DNA of 64,000 bases from Cycas panzhihuaensis (taxonomy: Eukaryota > Plantae > Cycadophyta), in assembly GCA_023213395.1 (NCBI GenBank), contig CM041465.1:107081741-107145740 (forward strand). The letters are read 5' to 3'. The notes below the pieces were generated by a model. It searched no databases. It was not told the DNA's origin and saw only the letters and a program-made list of their open reading frames with translations. The translations under genes and the position numbers were made by a program. Shown in pieces: positions 1-13,034 of the stretch. The first letter of the stretch is position 1. Every line of letters begins with the position of its first letter.

Positions 1-574
1 TGAATTACAAAGACTCATTCTTAATGAATAAAAACAATGTTTATGATAAACCAATTCTACTTGTAATCTGTCTTTTGTGTTTTTTATGTTTGGTTCCTAT
101 TTCGATCTTGTTTCATTAAAGAAATCATACATTCATCTCTCCTATGCAATCAATTGGCTTGAGGAACATAGGAACTCTTGGGTGACATGCCAATGACATT
201 TATGAGTAGACTATTAGTTTGATTAGTCCACCCATCTATAATAATGGAGACATCTAATGGGCTTCAATGTGGATTCCACTAAACTCCACCCCTTCCAAAG
301 AGTGTGGTCCAAAAGCTCTTAAAATTTGGGTTCACATAGCTTTGTAGTGTTGTTTTGATGATGCACATCATGTTGCTAATATGGTGAGCAAGCCATGTTG
401 AAAGGAAGCCCACAAGCATAAATGTATTGAGCCACTTTGATGTCTAATTTATTTTTATCATGTATATTAAGCATTGATGTTTTTTAGCCAATTTGAGAGT
501 GTGCCTACTTTTTGGATTCCTTTGCTACTCTCTTCACTTTTGCTATAGGGGTTGATGGGGACCTCTTACCTTTA

Positions 575-740
575 TTGCTTTCCTTGTTAATGTTTTGACA
601 TACAATGCATCTTCCATCCCTTTTTGGTATTTCTTGATGACTGATAGGGACTCTTTCCTTTGTTGCTTTCCTTATTAATGTTTTGACATACGATGCGTCT
701 TCCACCTATTTTTGGTGTTTCTTGATGAATGACAGAGACA
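575..740. repeat. ~87-bp tandem duplication
   Basis: TTAATGTTTTGACATAC...TTTCTTGATGA occurs twice. Confidence 0.8.
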
Positions 741-1189
741 ATTGTAGGCATCAATAATCCCTTTAATTGTTTAATGAAACAAGTGGGCCTTCACTTAGAA
801 ATAGGAGCCTCAATATGGATCTATATCATAGACATTGCATTTCTAAAAAAGAGATCTTTCTCCAATGAATAAAGACATTTTCGTACATACTACCAAAGGG
901 AAGAGTCATTGATCTTTGTCTCACTATTAACATCACTACTAAAAGATTGTGAAGCCATTTCCATAATGCAAGTAATCAGAATCACTTATATGTGTATTAG
1001 AAAACAAGTAGTTAATATTACTCAAAACATTAGATATTGGGTTGAAATCAAATTCAAATTAGTGATAAAAAGGTTGTGGAGTTAGAGAACCATGGACTTA
1101 GCTCTTAATTTTTGGGCACATGGTTTTCTTGCCCATGGTTTTGGGTCCATGGTTTTACTTTTTTCCTATTTTTTTTTCTTTGAGAGTAT

Positions 1190-3735
1190 TGCTTATTTAT
1201 TTATTTATTTTTTGAGAATGGATGCTTCTTTAAGTAGAAAAATTTTTAACCAAGATATTGCCATAAAAAAAAAGTAGGGAGAGAATGTATCCTTTCCATC
1301 CTATTAATGATTACATAACACCAAAAAAAAACCCTAATATGGTGATCACAAAGGCATGCAAGACCCAACAACGAAGAACTAAGATTTCCCCTAGTGGCCT
1401 CCAACAAGGACAACATTTTGCCTTCCATCATTTCCCTTGTTAGGAGGATTTTGGTGCAGTTTCCACATTTTGTAGGTTGTGGGCTTGATGGTTATTATCA
1501 TGACTAGCTGGGTGGTTCTCTCCACAACTCTTCAGGTGGTCAGCTAGGAGGCCAAGCAATTGGGTTGTTAGGCAAAGGTGTGGCTATGTTTGGATCAACT
1601 TTGACCCTTGAAGAAGCTATGTTAGGGACCAAGGAGCCTCAAATTACCCTCCTCATTAGGGACTTAGGATATAGTACAGGGGGTTGAGCCCTAATGTTTA
1701 ATTAATTTGAGTAGGTGCCTCAACTCCACTGGGACCTTTTGCATCCAAATGCTAGTCTGCAAAGCACAAGATTGAATGATTGTTAAGATGAGATTTGTTG
1801 GAATAGTGCAAGTAGGTGTTTTCTATTGAAAAGATGTATTATGACAAAACTTCCATATTGAGTATAGAACTTCAACAAGTCTTAAAAGTTCCCATGTAGG
1901 TTGCAAGGAGGAAGAAAGGTCTTTGGCATCACCAAGAAGGACCATGTTCTAGTCGAGGGGTTTTGAGGTGGTTGAGGAATGGAACCTATTGAGTAAGTTC
2001 CACATTGAGTGAGCAAAGGGACACCACTAGAGCAGGTGGATAAATATTTCTTTTTGTTGACAAAAGGCATATGTCACATTATAATGACCCATCTTTGAGA
2101 GTCTCTCTTTGATCACTAATCCACAATGAATAAGGGATTAGCCAAAGATTTTTTTTTTCTTGGGTTCCATAGGGTCATGCCAAAGTTGCTTGAATCGTCA
2201 CTTCCACATTCTATCATTGTAGTTAGAATTTTAGTTAGCATTTAATTTGTAGGCCCTCCCATCACCCTCCATGAGATGGTAAGTGTCTGACATTGAGAAA
2301 CTTGTAAAGGACTTTAAATGATAGTAGGACTAGTCTTGCCACCATTTATTACTTCCCATCATGGCAAGATTTAGGATTAACTTAGTCTGTCAATGATTCC
2401 AAATTTCTTTGATGATATGCCTCTCAGAGCTTTTAAGATTGAATTCCCTCTTGATAGTCAACCACTCTTTCTACCATGTACGAATCTTGTTAAATAACTG
2501 CCACACCCTAGTGAGTCTTTTCTTTATATAATCTATTTGGTTCAAACCCTAGGATTTGGCCTAGACATTTATAGTCTTGTTTTAAAAGCAAGGACCACTA
2601 GATCAAGTGACCTGGAAAAGACAACTCTCTTCTTGGCTCATTAACCCTCCAATGTGGTCAAGATTTTACAACTTTCCTAGCATATTCAAATTGATTTAAA
2701 TAAGGGTGAACCCACCACCTTCACCTACACTGGTGTGATTAAGGGGTCCTGCATGGATAATGTGAATTGGTGTTTACCTAATGGATTGGCTTGTGCCACG
2801 CTATGTATGACCAAAACTTTCCAGTGCTCATCTCCATCAATTGCCTTGACAACCTATTTGACATGTAGCACTCAGCTTTGAAGTTAGATGTTGATGAGTC
2901 CTAGCCCTCCTAGATGTTTGGGCTTACAGTAGGTCTGCTCATTGACCTTGCAAAATCCTCTCTTTCCTTCAAAGTTTGATCAGAGATAAATTCTAAGCAT
3001 CTTGATAACCCTATCATAGGCCACATTGGAGGGCACCCAACATGAGTAGCTACAAGGACTTTGGAGCATATTTGTTACTTCTTTACTAGGGGTATAAACT
3101 TAGATGACTACAATGTAAGATTCTTCTTTACACATCCCAATACATAATCCCACATCTTTGTTAGGTAAGCACCAAATCCGAAAGGGATGTTAAAGAATTT
3201 GAACACCCGACCCAACTTAATCCATTATTATTCTTATGCAACCAACCAATATGGGACCTCAACTACTGATTGCATATAGCACATTGTCTCTTTCATGTTA
3301 ACTTTGGACCTTGAGGTTGCACAAAAGACATTAATTGCACTTAGTTCCTAGTTAATCAAATTGTGTTTTGCCTTAATAGTAAGGAACATATCATCTGCAA
3401 AGAGGTTGTTGGTAGTCTATCTTTTACCACCTGGAAAAAAAATGCTTCTCAATATCCTGGAGTTTGCCTTTTGTCAGAGTAAATAACTGAGCGCATCTAT
3501 AACCAACACAAAGAATGACAGGGCAAGTGGATAAACCTAGCTAATCAATCTTTGGAGTTGGATGGGTTCAAACAAGGTTCTCTTGATTGAAATATTGGCT
3601 GAAGGATTCACGAATTATGTGTTGATCATCCTTATGAATCTATTGCCAAATCCCAATGCCTGTAAGACATCTAGGAAATATCCTTGCTTTACACTATAAT
3701 AAGTCTTTTCAAACTTTAGAAGCATAATGCTTTAG
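1190..3735 (-). mobile_element. L1-type LINE, fragment 4 (3' part: RT C-terminal half, zinc finger, 3' UTR)
   Basis: Minus-strand translation gives LLKFEKTYY..GFGNRFI (~3650-3725), a degenerate RQG.PL motif, NNLFADDMF (~3385-3410), a C..C...E..H...C..A..W zinc finger (~2005-2067) and YSIWK..N..F (~1830-1870). A possible poly(A) remnant lies at ~1193-1213. The 3' boundary is uncertain. Confidence 0.85.
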
Positions 3736-4444
3736 TGTTGCAGTTATATTTGACATCATACATTTGGGGAAAGGAACAAATGAAGAATCATTGGTCATTT
3801 TAGTGGAACAGTCAATTGGCATGCATTCAAGATAGGGAATGGATAAAATAGAGCCATAAATGCAGTCCATCCCGTCACAGGAATGGATACTATGCAGTAA
3901 GAACGTACCAAGATAGAGAAAGAATGGACATTGGGTAGAAGGAACTAATGCTCAGTAGAAGGGAACACAATAAGCATATTGGAATGGTTACGATATGAAT
4001 GTGACATGTGGATAGATGTATGGATGGAAGAATGATTAAAGGATTAACAAAGTCATTAGAAATGAACAGGCATCTATTAAGAAGAACAGACAGTTGTGAC
4101 TGTAGATGCAACCTTTCTATTATAGGAATGGATAGTGTATTTAAACACATCCACCCATTGGGATGGATGTGAGAGCTGAATTAGTGATTCTAGTAGTACT
4201 TGATTTGGTATGGTTGACCAATCAGATTGAATGGACCTTATATGATGTAATCTTGACTTTTATCTAATAGAATAAAAGAGTTATGTGGAAAAGCATGTGT
4301 ACTCATTAAGGAATGCATGGTGAATGTATGTGTATGAGTTACTTGTGGACTTATGTGGCTTAATAAATGAAGAATATGTATGTTGACCACTTGAACCCTT
4401 GACAAGTGAAGATTTGCAAGAGGGAGTAATCATTTAAGTTAACA
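3736..4444 (+). repeat. Gypsy-A 5' LTR
   Basis: Starts TGTTGCAGTTATATTTGACATC, ends AAGTTAACA; colinear with 13035-13765. Confidence 0.95.
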
Positions 4445-4445
4445 T

Positions 4446-4458
4446 TGGTTCTATTGCC
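4446..4458 (+). promoter_or_regulatory. Primer binding site, probably tRNA-Glu
   Basis: TGGTTCTATTGCC right after the LTR equals TGGTTCCGTTGCC with CpG decay. The tRNA-Glu 3' end was recalled from memory, not searched. Confidence 0.7.
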
Positions 4459-4900
4459 TAAGTACGCTAAGCAAAGGGAAGAGAAATTGGAAAATTCATG
4501 TGCAAAGGATAAGTCACCTTAGTTTCCATAGTGATGATAGGGTCTAACTAAGCCTAGACAACTAGGGGGACCTTTCAATGCCACCAAAATGGCCTTTGAA
4601 GGCAGAGGAGTCATAAACAAAATATCAGGAGATAACAGAATCAAGCAGGCAGAGAGCCTTGAGATGGTCCCGAGAAAAGAGGTTAAGGAGAGCAAGGAGA
4701 TTGAGTGTCAATAAAAAAGAAGACTAAAATGAGTCATTGGAGGATCTAAGGCAAGTGGAGCCTAAACACCATGAGGAATAGAAGATAGAGGCCAAGGGGA
4801 GCCCATGACAATCACACCTGCTTTAAGGAAATATCATAATGAAGGGAAGGATATGAAGTAAGAGGAAGAAGAAATAAATAATCTTGAGACAGAACAAAGC

Positions 4901-6400
4901 TTGGACTCTACTTCGAAGGACCTAAGTGGCAATGAGGAAAACACAGAGGAAGGTCCCCAGGTATATTGGGAAAACCATTTGATCAGACAACTTTTTGAAG
5001 ATCCACCAAAGGGAAGTGGGTATCAATCATACATAATAACAACTTCGATAGCAGCAGAAATGCTAGGAGTACCAGGGATTATTCAACTAAAATCACTGAT
5101 ATGTAATCCTTTGTTTAGAAAGGAGAATAACAGGGAAGAGACATCACCAAGGAGACTCTATAAGAAGTTCTCCAAAGTGAAGGTAACAATCCCACCTCAA
5201 AGGGAAGAGAAGAAAGATAGGTCTATAATGTTACACCATAGGGAATTTGGGAAACTCATCTTTGATGATTCAACTGATGTTGCATAACATATCTATTTAT
5301 TTTAGAGATTGATCAATCTAGAAAAAATTATAGATGAGGATGAAATTAAATACACGCTTTTATATTTGCTAAGAGGTGTATCATTGGCATGGTATAAACA
5401 ACTATACCAACACAAATCATGGAGTGAGATAAAAAAGGAGTTTAAAACAAGATTTTTGAAATATACAAACAATGATATTATAGAGTTAACACTAAGGGAG
5501 ATACAACAAAATCCAAGGGAGTCTATCATGACCTATATTAGTAGAATAGACATGATCGTTGCCGCCATGATAAACAACGAGAAGATCATGGATTTAAGCA
5601 TGTGTACTTTCTTTGTGAATGGATTAAACATTAAGCTAAGAAATGCAATGACATCACATCTATTGAAATCATATAACCATGTGCGAGAATTGGCCTTGTA
5701 CTTTGAAAAAGAAATAGATACTAAGAGGATAGCCTATGACCCCTTAGTGGTAAGATTACAAGAAGAATAAATGAACTAAAGACACATAATTTGAATAGAC
5801 CTTTATTCCAAATGACTAAGACAGAGGAAAGCATGGAGATAGAAGCCCTAAGAAAAGAGGTGGACAAACTGAAATTACAACAATTGGATAACCTCAAAGA
5901 AGATTCTAATGAATATTGGGATGAAGAACCCCCAATCGAGAAATGGCATTATATTTGTGAGGAAAACACTCACACCATAAAGGAGTGTGAATGTAATGTG
6001 AGAAACTACAAACAAAATGTTTTGTGCCATATCTGTGACCAAGGAACACATAGTGCATGGGATTGCTACTTCAATACCAGAGGCTCCAACACTTGAGGGA
6101 GAGGGTGAGGGAGAAACAATGCTAATGCCCGTACAATATACACAATGAGGACTGAACTGGAGAATCTAAGAAAGAAACCTCCATTGAGTAAATGCCTGAT
6201 ATGTTTGGAATACAGACATTGGAAGTCAGATTGTCCAGTAGCAAAGATTCAGAAAGAATGCCGATACCTGTGTAAGAATTATGGTCCAAGCACTCACACC
6301 ACTGAGGAGTGCAAAGGCAAGGGTAAGGCCTTAAACGGGATAACAATTATACCCAGATCTCCAAAGAACATCAACTTATAGAATTAGAGAAATAAAGGAG
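4901..6400 (+). pseudogene. gag: Gypsy-A gag (capsid domain plus four CCHC-like knuckles), disrupted
   Basis: AWYKQ...SWSEIKKEFKTRF and IQQNPRESIMTYISR capsid motifs; knuckles CHICDQGTHSAWDC and CLICLEYRHWKSDC plus two degenerate copies. Confidence 0.9.
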
Positions 6401-6749
6401 AAAAAGATTATTATAATCCCAAAATAGAAATTGATCACTTTGCTGTTGCAAAAAAATATTGGAAGAAGTCACACAAGAGGAAGGACTCAAATCACTACCC
6501 CTAGGGAAACCAGAAGTGCAGTAAGTATACTGAAGGAGGAATAAGAAAGTAAAGTAGCAAACATTACTGAAAAACCTAAGAGGAAACCCTAAAATAGAAG
6601 AACTTCTATAGAAATTAATACTCATGGAAGATTTGGTTAACTAATTAAACTTAACCATTCCATTGAGAAAAGTCATCAAATGGATCAAAGGAGGGAAGAT
6701 ACACCTAATGGAAGCTTATAGAAGTTTATAAAAAATCAAACCATCTTGC

Positions 6750-9700
6750 GACTTGGATCGCTCAGTGGATATCAACATTTTGGGGGTAAACCTTAAAAAT
6801 ATTACTATGGATGAAGGAGTAGCTGTGAATGTCTTACCAACCCAAACATGGAAGAAACTTGGGATCCCACAATTAGCACCAATGAATTATTCATTAAAGT
6901 TAGCCAACGAACTACTAGTCAAACCAATGGGGTGGTGGAGAGTATTCAAGTGAATATGGCCAACATTATCATTTCTGTCGATTTTATAATTATGGACACT
7001 ATCAAAGACATGGTCACCTATCCAACATTATTAGGAAGACCATGGTTATATCAGACTGAGTGTTTACAAAGCTAGAAAGATGTGACATTCACCCTTACAG
7101 ATGGAGGAAATGAGGTCATTCTTCCTATGTTGGCAAAAGGAAAGTATACAGTGGAAGTTATTCCAGACGACACATCCAGTACGATGATCGCCACCCAGGA
7201 AACTTCTTCCACTTTCGATGAAGTCAATCTATATAACACAATGGAAGAGATCAATCATATAAATGATGCTCGAGAATATGAACCTAACATTTACAAAGAG
7301 TTGCCATCTGAAATGTCATCTAATGAAGAAGAGACTAACAATATAGTCCGGTATTGGATGGACAACTCGTATGAAGTTCAACCCTCTTCATTGCGTTCTA
7401 ATTTGTTATTGAAATGTTCTTCAATTGATAGTAAATCAAATAATAATAATTTAGATTATATGTATGCTAAGAACCTTAAAAAACCATTAGAAAATAGTTT
7501 AGTAAAAGTAGAATTTCAAGTAAGAAACAAAGTGTATGTAAACTTAATCACTCCTACAAACTCTCATTTACCCTATCCCCACCCTTACCCCGCATCCCCA
7601 CCCCACATACTTAGAGCTAATTCGAGAGATCTGACCAATCTTCCTTCCGATTCTAAGGATATCCTTCTAAACCCCTCTACTAAAAACCAACAAGTTAAGG
7701 TAGAATATTCCATCCCTAATTAAAATTCTTCCTTAAACTCACCAAAATCTCTTTCTCTAAACCCCCATAGCAAAACTAAACTTGAAGATAGCCTTTAAAA
7801 GGTAACAGAATTTGCCCACCGCATAAAACTTATACTGAAAGATAGAACCATAAGGCAAAAATAAATACCTACATTTTTAGGAAAGAGAATGAAGGGCACA
7901 AAACATTTAATTCAATGTATGGAACATTGGTTACAACATAAGATTTTAGATAAAACACAATGGATTATTGATTTTGTAATCTCCTTCCAAGATAATGTAG
8001 GGTAGTGGTACATAGCCCATCACCATACCTTATAGAACCATACCTTATAGACATGGGAAAACCTATAATCAACCTTTAGGCTTAGGTTTGATCCACCTCA
8101 ATACTTGATAATCGCAGGATTCTTAGTAGGGTAATGCCCTAGCAAGCATCTCCTTAGATGTAGAAGATTATGGAAACATTGGAGTATTCCCAAACTACAT
8201 TGGATCCATCTTTTCATCTATGCCTTGGGAACCTTAGTAAAAACATGGTTCCTAAAATAAGAACAACTCTGACGAATGACATGGGAATAAATAGAACATT
8301 TATTTGTCCAAGCCTTTTCATATTTTTCCAATAATTAGATCATACATAAAGTATTAAAAAACATAAGGGATATAAGTAAAAGGGTAAAAAAAAAATTAAT
8401 GTCAATTGAAAACATTAGAGGCGCAAAGGACATCGATCATGAAGGAAGGGAGAAAGAGAAAGAAGCTAGAAACCTACCTCCATGATATACAGAATTGAGG
8501 TATGAACAAAGGGATATAGAAGATATACCTATTCATCTAGTGGGGGGAGAAAAGCAATAGGGAGAACTTAAGATGACTCAAATAAACCTTGGGTCAGAAA
8601 CAAACTCTAAGAACATTATAATTGGCAACTATTGGGATGAAAAAATAGTGGCAAAGGAGCAAGCATTATTGGAAGAATATTGGGATGTTTTTGCTTGGTC
8701 CTACAAAGACCTTAAGTGAATCCCACCTGAAATCAGGATGCACCACATCGATTTAATTGAAGGGGCAAAACCTATGAAGTAAAGACCGTATAGGATGAAC
8801 CCAAGGTACAAAGAAAAAGTAAAAGTAGAGTTAGACAAGATGTTAGAAGTTCGTTACATATACAGAATCAAATATAATGATTGGGTAAGTCCCATTGTGA
8901 TTGTACCTAAAAGAATAGGAAAATTAAAGTGTGCGAAGACTACTAACAACTGAATAAAGTTACTAAAAAAGATCCCTTTCCCATTTCTTTTATAGAAGAA
9001 ATTTTAGAAACTGTAGGAGGAAAAGAAGTTGACTTCTTTACAAATGGATTTAGTGGCTATAATTAGGTGAGTATCGCACTTAAGGATCAACATAAAACCA
9101 TGTTTATAACTGAATGGGGAACATATGCATATCGAGTCATGCCATTTGGTCTCATGAATGCTCCAACAACCTTTCAACATATAGTACTCAACATATTCAA
9201 AAAACTAATTGGAGAAATGGTTGTTGTATTCTTGGATTATTGGACTTTATATAGGGTGATGAAAAACCACATGGAAAACCTAAGAACAATGTTACAAGCT
9301 TGTTGAGAAAATAAGTTGTGTTTGAACTTAGAAAAGTGCACCTTCTTGGTATCCTTCGGTAACCTTTTGGGCCATGTTGTAAGTAAAGAAGGGCTAATGA
9401 CCAATCTAACTAAGATTGTAGCCATATTATATTTTCCTCAGCCTTATAATTAGAAACAAGTAAAAGGATTTCTAGGGTTAATTAGATATTTTCAAAAATT
9501 TATGAAAGGTTATGCTCAGATAGGAGGACCACTAGAAGACCTTCTAAAAAAGGAAATGGATTGGAAATGGGGGCTAGATCAACAGAAAGCATTTGAAACC
9601 TTAAAGCATGCCATAGCATCAACTCCTATATTACATTTTTTTTATTGGAACAAAATATTCCATATGCACGTAGATGCCTCCCAGTACGCAATCGGGTGTG

Positions 9701-11348
9701 TTTTTGCACAGCCGAGGGATAACAATGTGGATAGACTGATATATTTTGCCAGTTGTAAATGAACCAAAGATGAACACAATTATACAATGATAAAGAGGGA
9801 AGGACTTGGAATTACGTATGCCTTGCAAAAATTTCACCACTATTTATTATCAAACCCTTTCATATTTTATGTGGATCATTAAACAATTATGTACCTAGTA
9901 AATAAACCATTATTGAGAGGGTGTATTAGTTACTTGTTGATGTTATTCCAAGAGTTTACCTTTTGGATTATAGTGAAGCTAGGGAAAGCTCATATTATTC
10001 TTGACCAACTCTTAAGATTACATAATGGCAAAAAGGCAGTTGGAGTTTCAAATGACTTTCCAGATGCAACAGTCTTCAACGTGGAATCAGTCCCCATGGA
10101 ATGGTATCAAGACATAATAGAATTTCTAGTTACAGGGCAATGTCCATCAACTATGGACAAAGTGCAGAGATGAAACTTAGGAAAGCAAAGCCTTACTAAT
10201 TAATCAGGGGAGAGCTATCCTGATTAGGGCCTGACAATGTTTTACGTCGATGTGTTCACCCGCACGAGATAAACCAAGTAATATCTCAAGCTTATAAGGG
10301 TGTTGCTAGAGGACACACAGGAACAAAGAATATATAGAGGAAAATCTTAACCATGGGATTTTGGTGGCCAACCATGTTTGAAGTTGTGAGAGATTGGGTA
10401 AAAAGATGTGATTATTACCAAAGGGTAGGGAAGCCCAATAAATGATATTTTAATCATTTAAAACCAATTCTCCCCTTGGCACCCTTTGAGAAATAGGGCC
10501 TCAATTTTATTAGACCCATCAAACTAGTAGCCAGACGAAGCCAAGTATGTTATATCTTGGTAGCCATAGATTACGACACGAAATGGGTAGAAGCGCGACT
10601 ACTAAGGAAAGCAGATTCAACCAATATAGCCAGGTTTCTTTATAAAGTTATTATCACCAGGTTCAGATGTCCTATCAAGTTAATCAACAATCAAGGAGCC
10701 TATTTCCTTAATGAGGTGATCAAAGAACTAATAGAAATATTTCTAATCATGCATCACAAATCTACGCTATACTACCCATGTGCAAATAGACAGGTGGAAA
10801 GTTTCAATAAAATCTTAGAGAACTGTCTATGAAAAGTATGTGACATTGGTAGATTTGATTGGGCGAAAAAACTACCATCAGTTCTATGGGCATTCTGTAC
10901 TACTTACAAGCAAGCCACATGACATACCCCATTTAAGTTGGTGTATGGGATAGAAGCCATACTCCCTATCAAATTTCAGATACCTAGTTTAAGGATTGCC
11001 TTGGCTTGTCAGTTGGATGATATAGAATATCCACGAGAATGCTTACGGTAGTTAATACAACTCAATGAAGATTAATAGAAATTGGAATAGATGCAAGAAA
11101 TTGAAAAAATGAGGCAAAAGGCATGGCATGACTGCCATCTTTGATGCCCTTAGTTCAAATAAGGAGAACAAGTGCTGTTATACGACATCAAATTCTGCAC
11201 CCATCCTAGGAAATTAAAGTTGTGATGGTTGGGACCTTATCAAGTAGAAAATATATACTAGAACAGATCAATTCAACTGAGTGACATGAATGGATACAAA
11301 CTGCCTACCCTAGTCAATGACAACAGATTGAAAAAGTATCACCATTAA
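6750..11348 (+). pseudogene. pol: Gypsy-A pol (PR, extra capsid-like modules, RT, RNase H, integrase), many stops
   Basis: PR MDEGVAVNV and LLGRPWL; RT DVFAWSYKDL, YRVMPFGLMNAP, VFLDYW; RH HVDASQYAIG; INT VAIDYDTKWVEA, YYPCANRQVE, WLGPY. Confidence 0.95.
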
Positions 11349-11619
11349 CTCCAGTATAAGTCAACTAGATGTATCATACATATTGCATGAAATTATAAGA
11401 CAACTAAAGTTGTCTTAGTGTCGATACCATGACTTTACACTGGTACATAAGCATAAAAAATCCTTAATAAAAAAATTAAAAAATGAAGAAAAACTAATTG
11501 TAACTCATAAAAATCATACATCTAGATAAAATTCTGAGCAAAACACACTTTACATCCTAGGTTGAGAATGTAACCAGGCTAGAGGAACTCTCGAAAGATG
11601 ATATGTTCCTCCTAGGGTA

Positions 11620-12935
11620 CAAATGAGACAAAAAATAGTCAGAAAAGGGAACCGTTCCAAAAAAGGAATGAATAGAGAAATATACATTCCTAAACAAGAA
11701 TGCAACTCAAATGGACAGAAAAAAAGAGATCTATAAAGGAAGAAACCCTTGAATCATTCTATTATTTGAATGCATGAACAACTTGAGATAGATACGACAC
11801 ACAAAGGAATGGATTACTCAGCCATTCAAAGAAAGGAACATATGCCCATGAAAATAAAGATTGTAGGTATCTAGGAGACCTACTTATGGAAACTCCAAGG
11901 GGAATTTAAGGGATTTTCAGATACTTTCAAGGAGAAAATTAGATAAGATGGATGGGAGGATTTTGTTATTATGCCTCCTCTATATTAGGACCATAAAATA
12001 ATGGAGGAGATCATCATAGTCATAAAATGGAATAAGTGAAAAGTGAAGATACATGCGGAAACCATCCATGAGGTTACATGGTTATCTAATGAAGGAGAAA
12101 CCCCCATAGTAACAAAGAAATTAAAAGTGGATAGGGAGATATGGACAAAAGAGCTTTATGCCCCAGACACTCAGGTTTACTTTAGTGGTATTTAGATTGT
12201 GGATATTACAGATGTAGAATTGCAATGGGTGGCCAAAGTCCTAGTCTCCAAGTTCCTTTCAAAACAAAAACATACTGACATTCCTAGAGGTTTAGTACCC
12301 TTACTATTAGAACTATGAGATGATGTTAAAATGAATTGGTACAAGCTTTTGGCCAACAACATTGAGTAGTAGTTAGGGGTTCTCCAAAGTCATCCCTTCA
12401 AACAAACATCAATGTTTCTAGCTTTGTTATTCCAGCAATGTCCAGGTATTCATCCCCCTCCTTACCTATTCAACCAGGAGAGCCGATGATAAAGAAATAG
12501 ATCAACATTATGCCGAGTAGTACCCAGGATCCATGGGTAAAATGACAAGTCAAAGTGGAGATGTCCAAAGTCTTGAAATGGGTGTAGCACAAACTTAGAA
12601 CCTCTTTTTCATATCAACAAAAGCAAACAATAAAAAGAGGTTTGAAGAGAATCAGGGAACAACAGGAAGAGGAAGAGATATCGCCAGAATGGGAAATAGA
12701 GCTTCCTCAAATAATTTCATAACTAGGGGAAGGTTCTTTACAACCACCCTTAAGTGAAAAGGGTACACATATAATTTAACTATTACAAGAATTAGAGAAA
12801 GGCTACAAAGCACAAATAGTGGAATTACAAGAAAAGCTTAAGGAAAAGGATGCAATCATAGCCACCCTTACACAAATCAATGAAGATATGTTGAGAGCTA
12901 TTGAGTCACCAGATGAACTAGGACTGCAGGGGTAG
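11620..12935 (+). pseudogene. Gypsy-A 3' accessory ORF (plant-transposon accessory domain plus coiled coil), decayed
   Basis: Mostly open frame IHAETIHEVTWLSNEG...MNWYKLLA followed by an E/K/L-rich helix, between INT and the 3' LTR. Family assignment is inferred. Confidence 0.55.
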
Positions 12936-13034
12936 CCCTAATGCCGAAAGATGGAGAGGAGAAAGCACATAATTTTTTTTTTAATTTTGACATTGAGCAT
13001 GGATGCTCAACCACTTTTGTTGATCTCGGATAGA

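Noticed and set aside
505-740. piggyBac-like Cys-rich C-terminus (RCIVC)
   Set aside because: Only one CxxC pair, produced within an 87-bp duplication; no transposase core or TTAA-bounded termini seen.
1180-1215. TSD for the LINE
   Set aside because: Only a weak TATTG.TT similarity to ~29710; not sufficient to define the ends.
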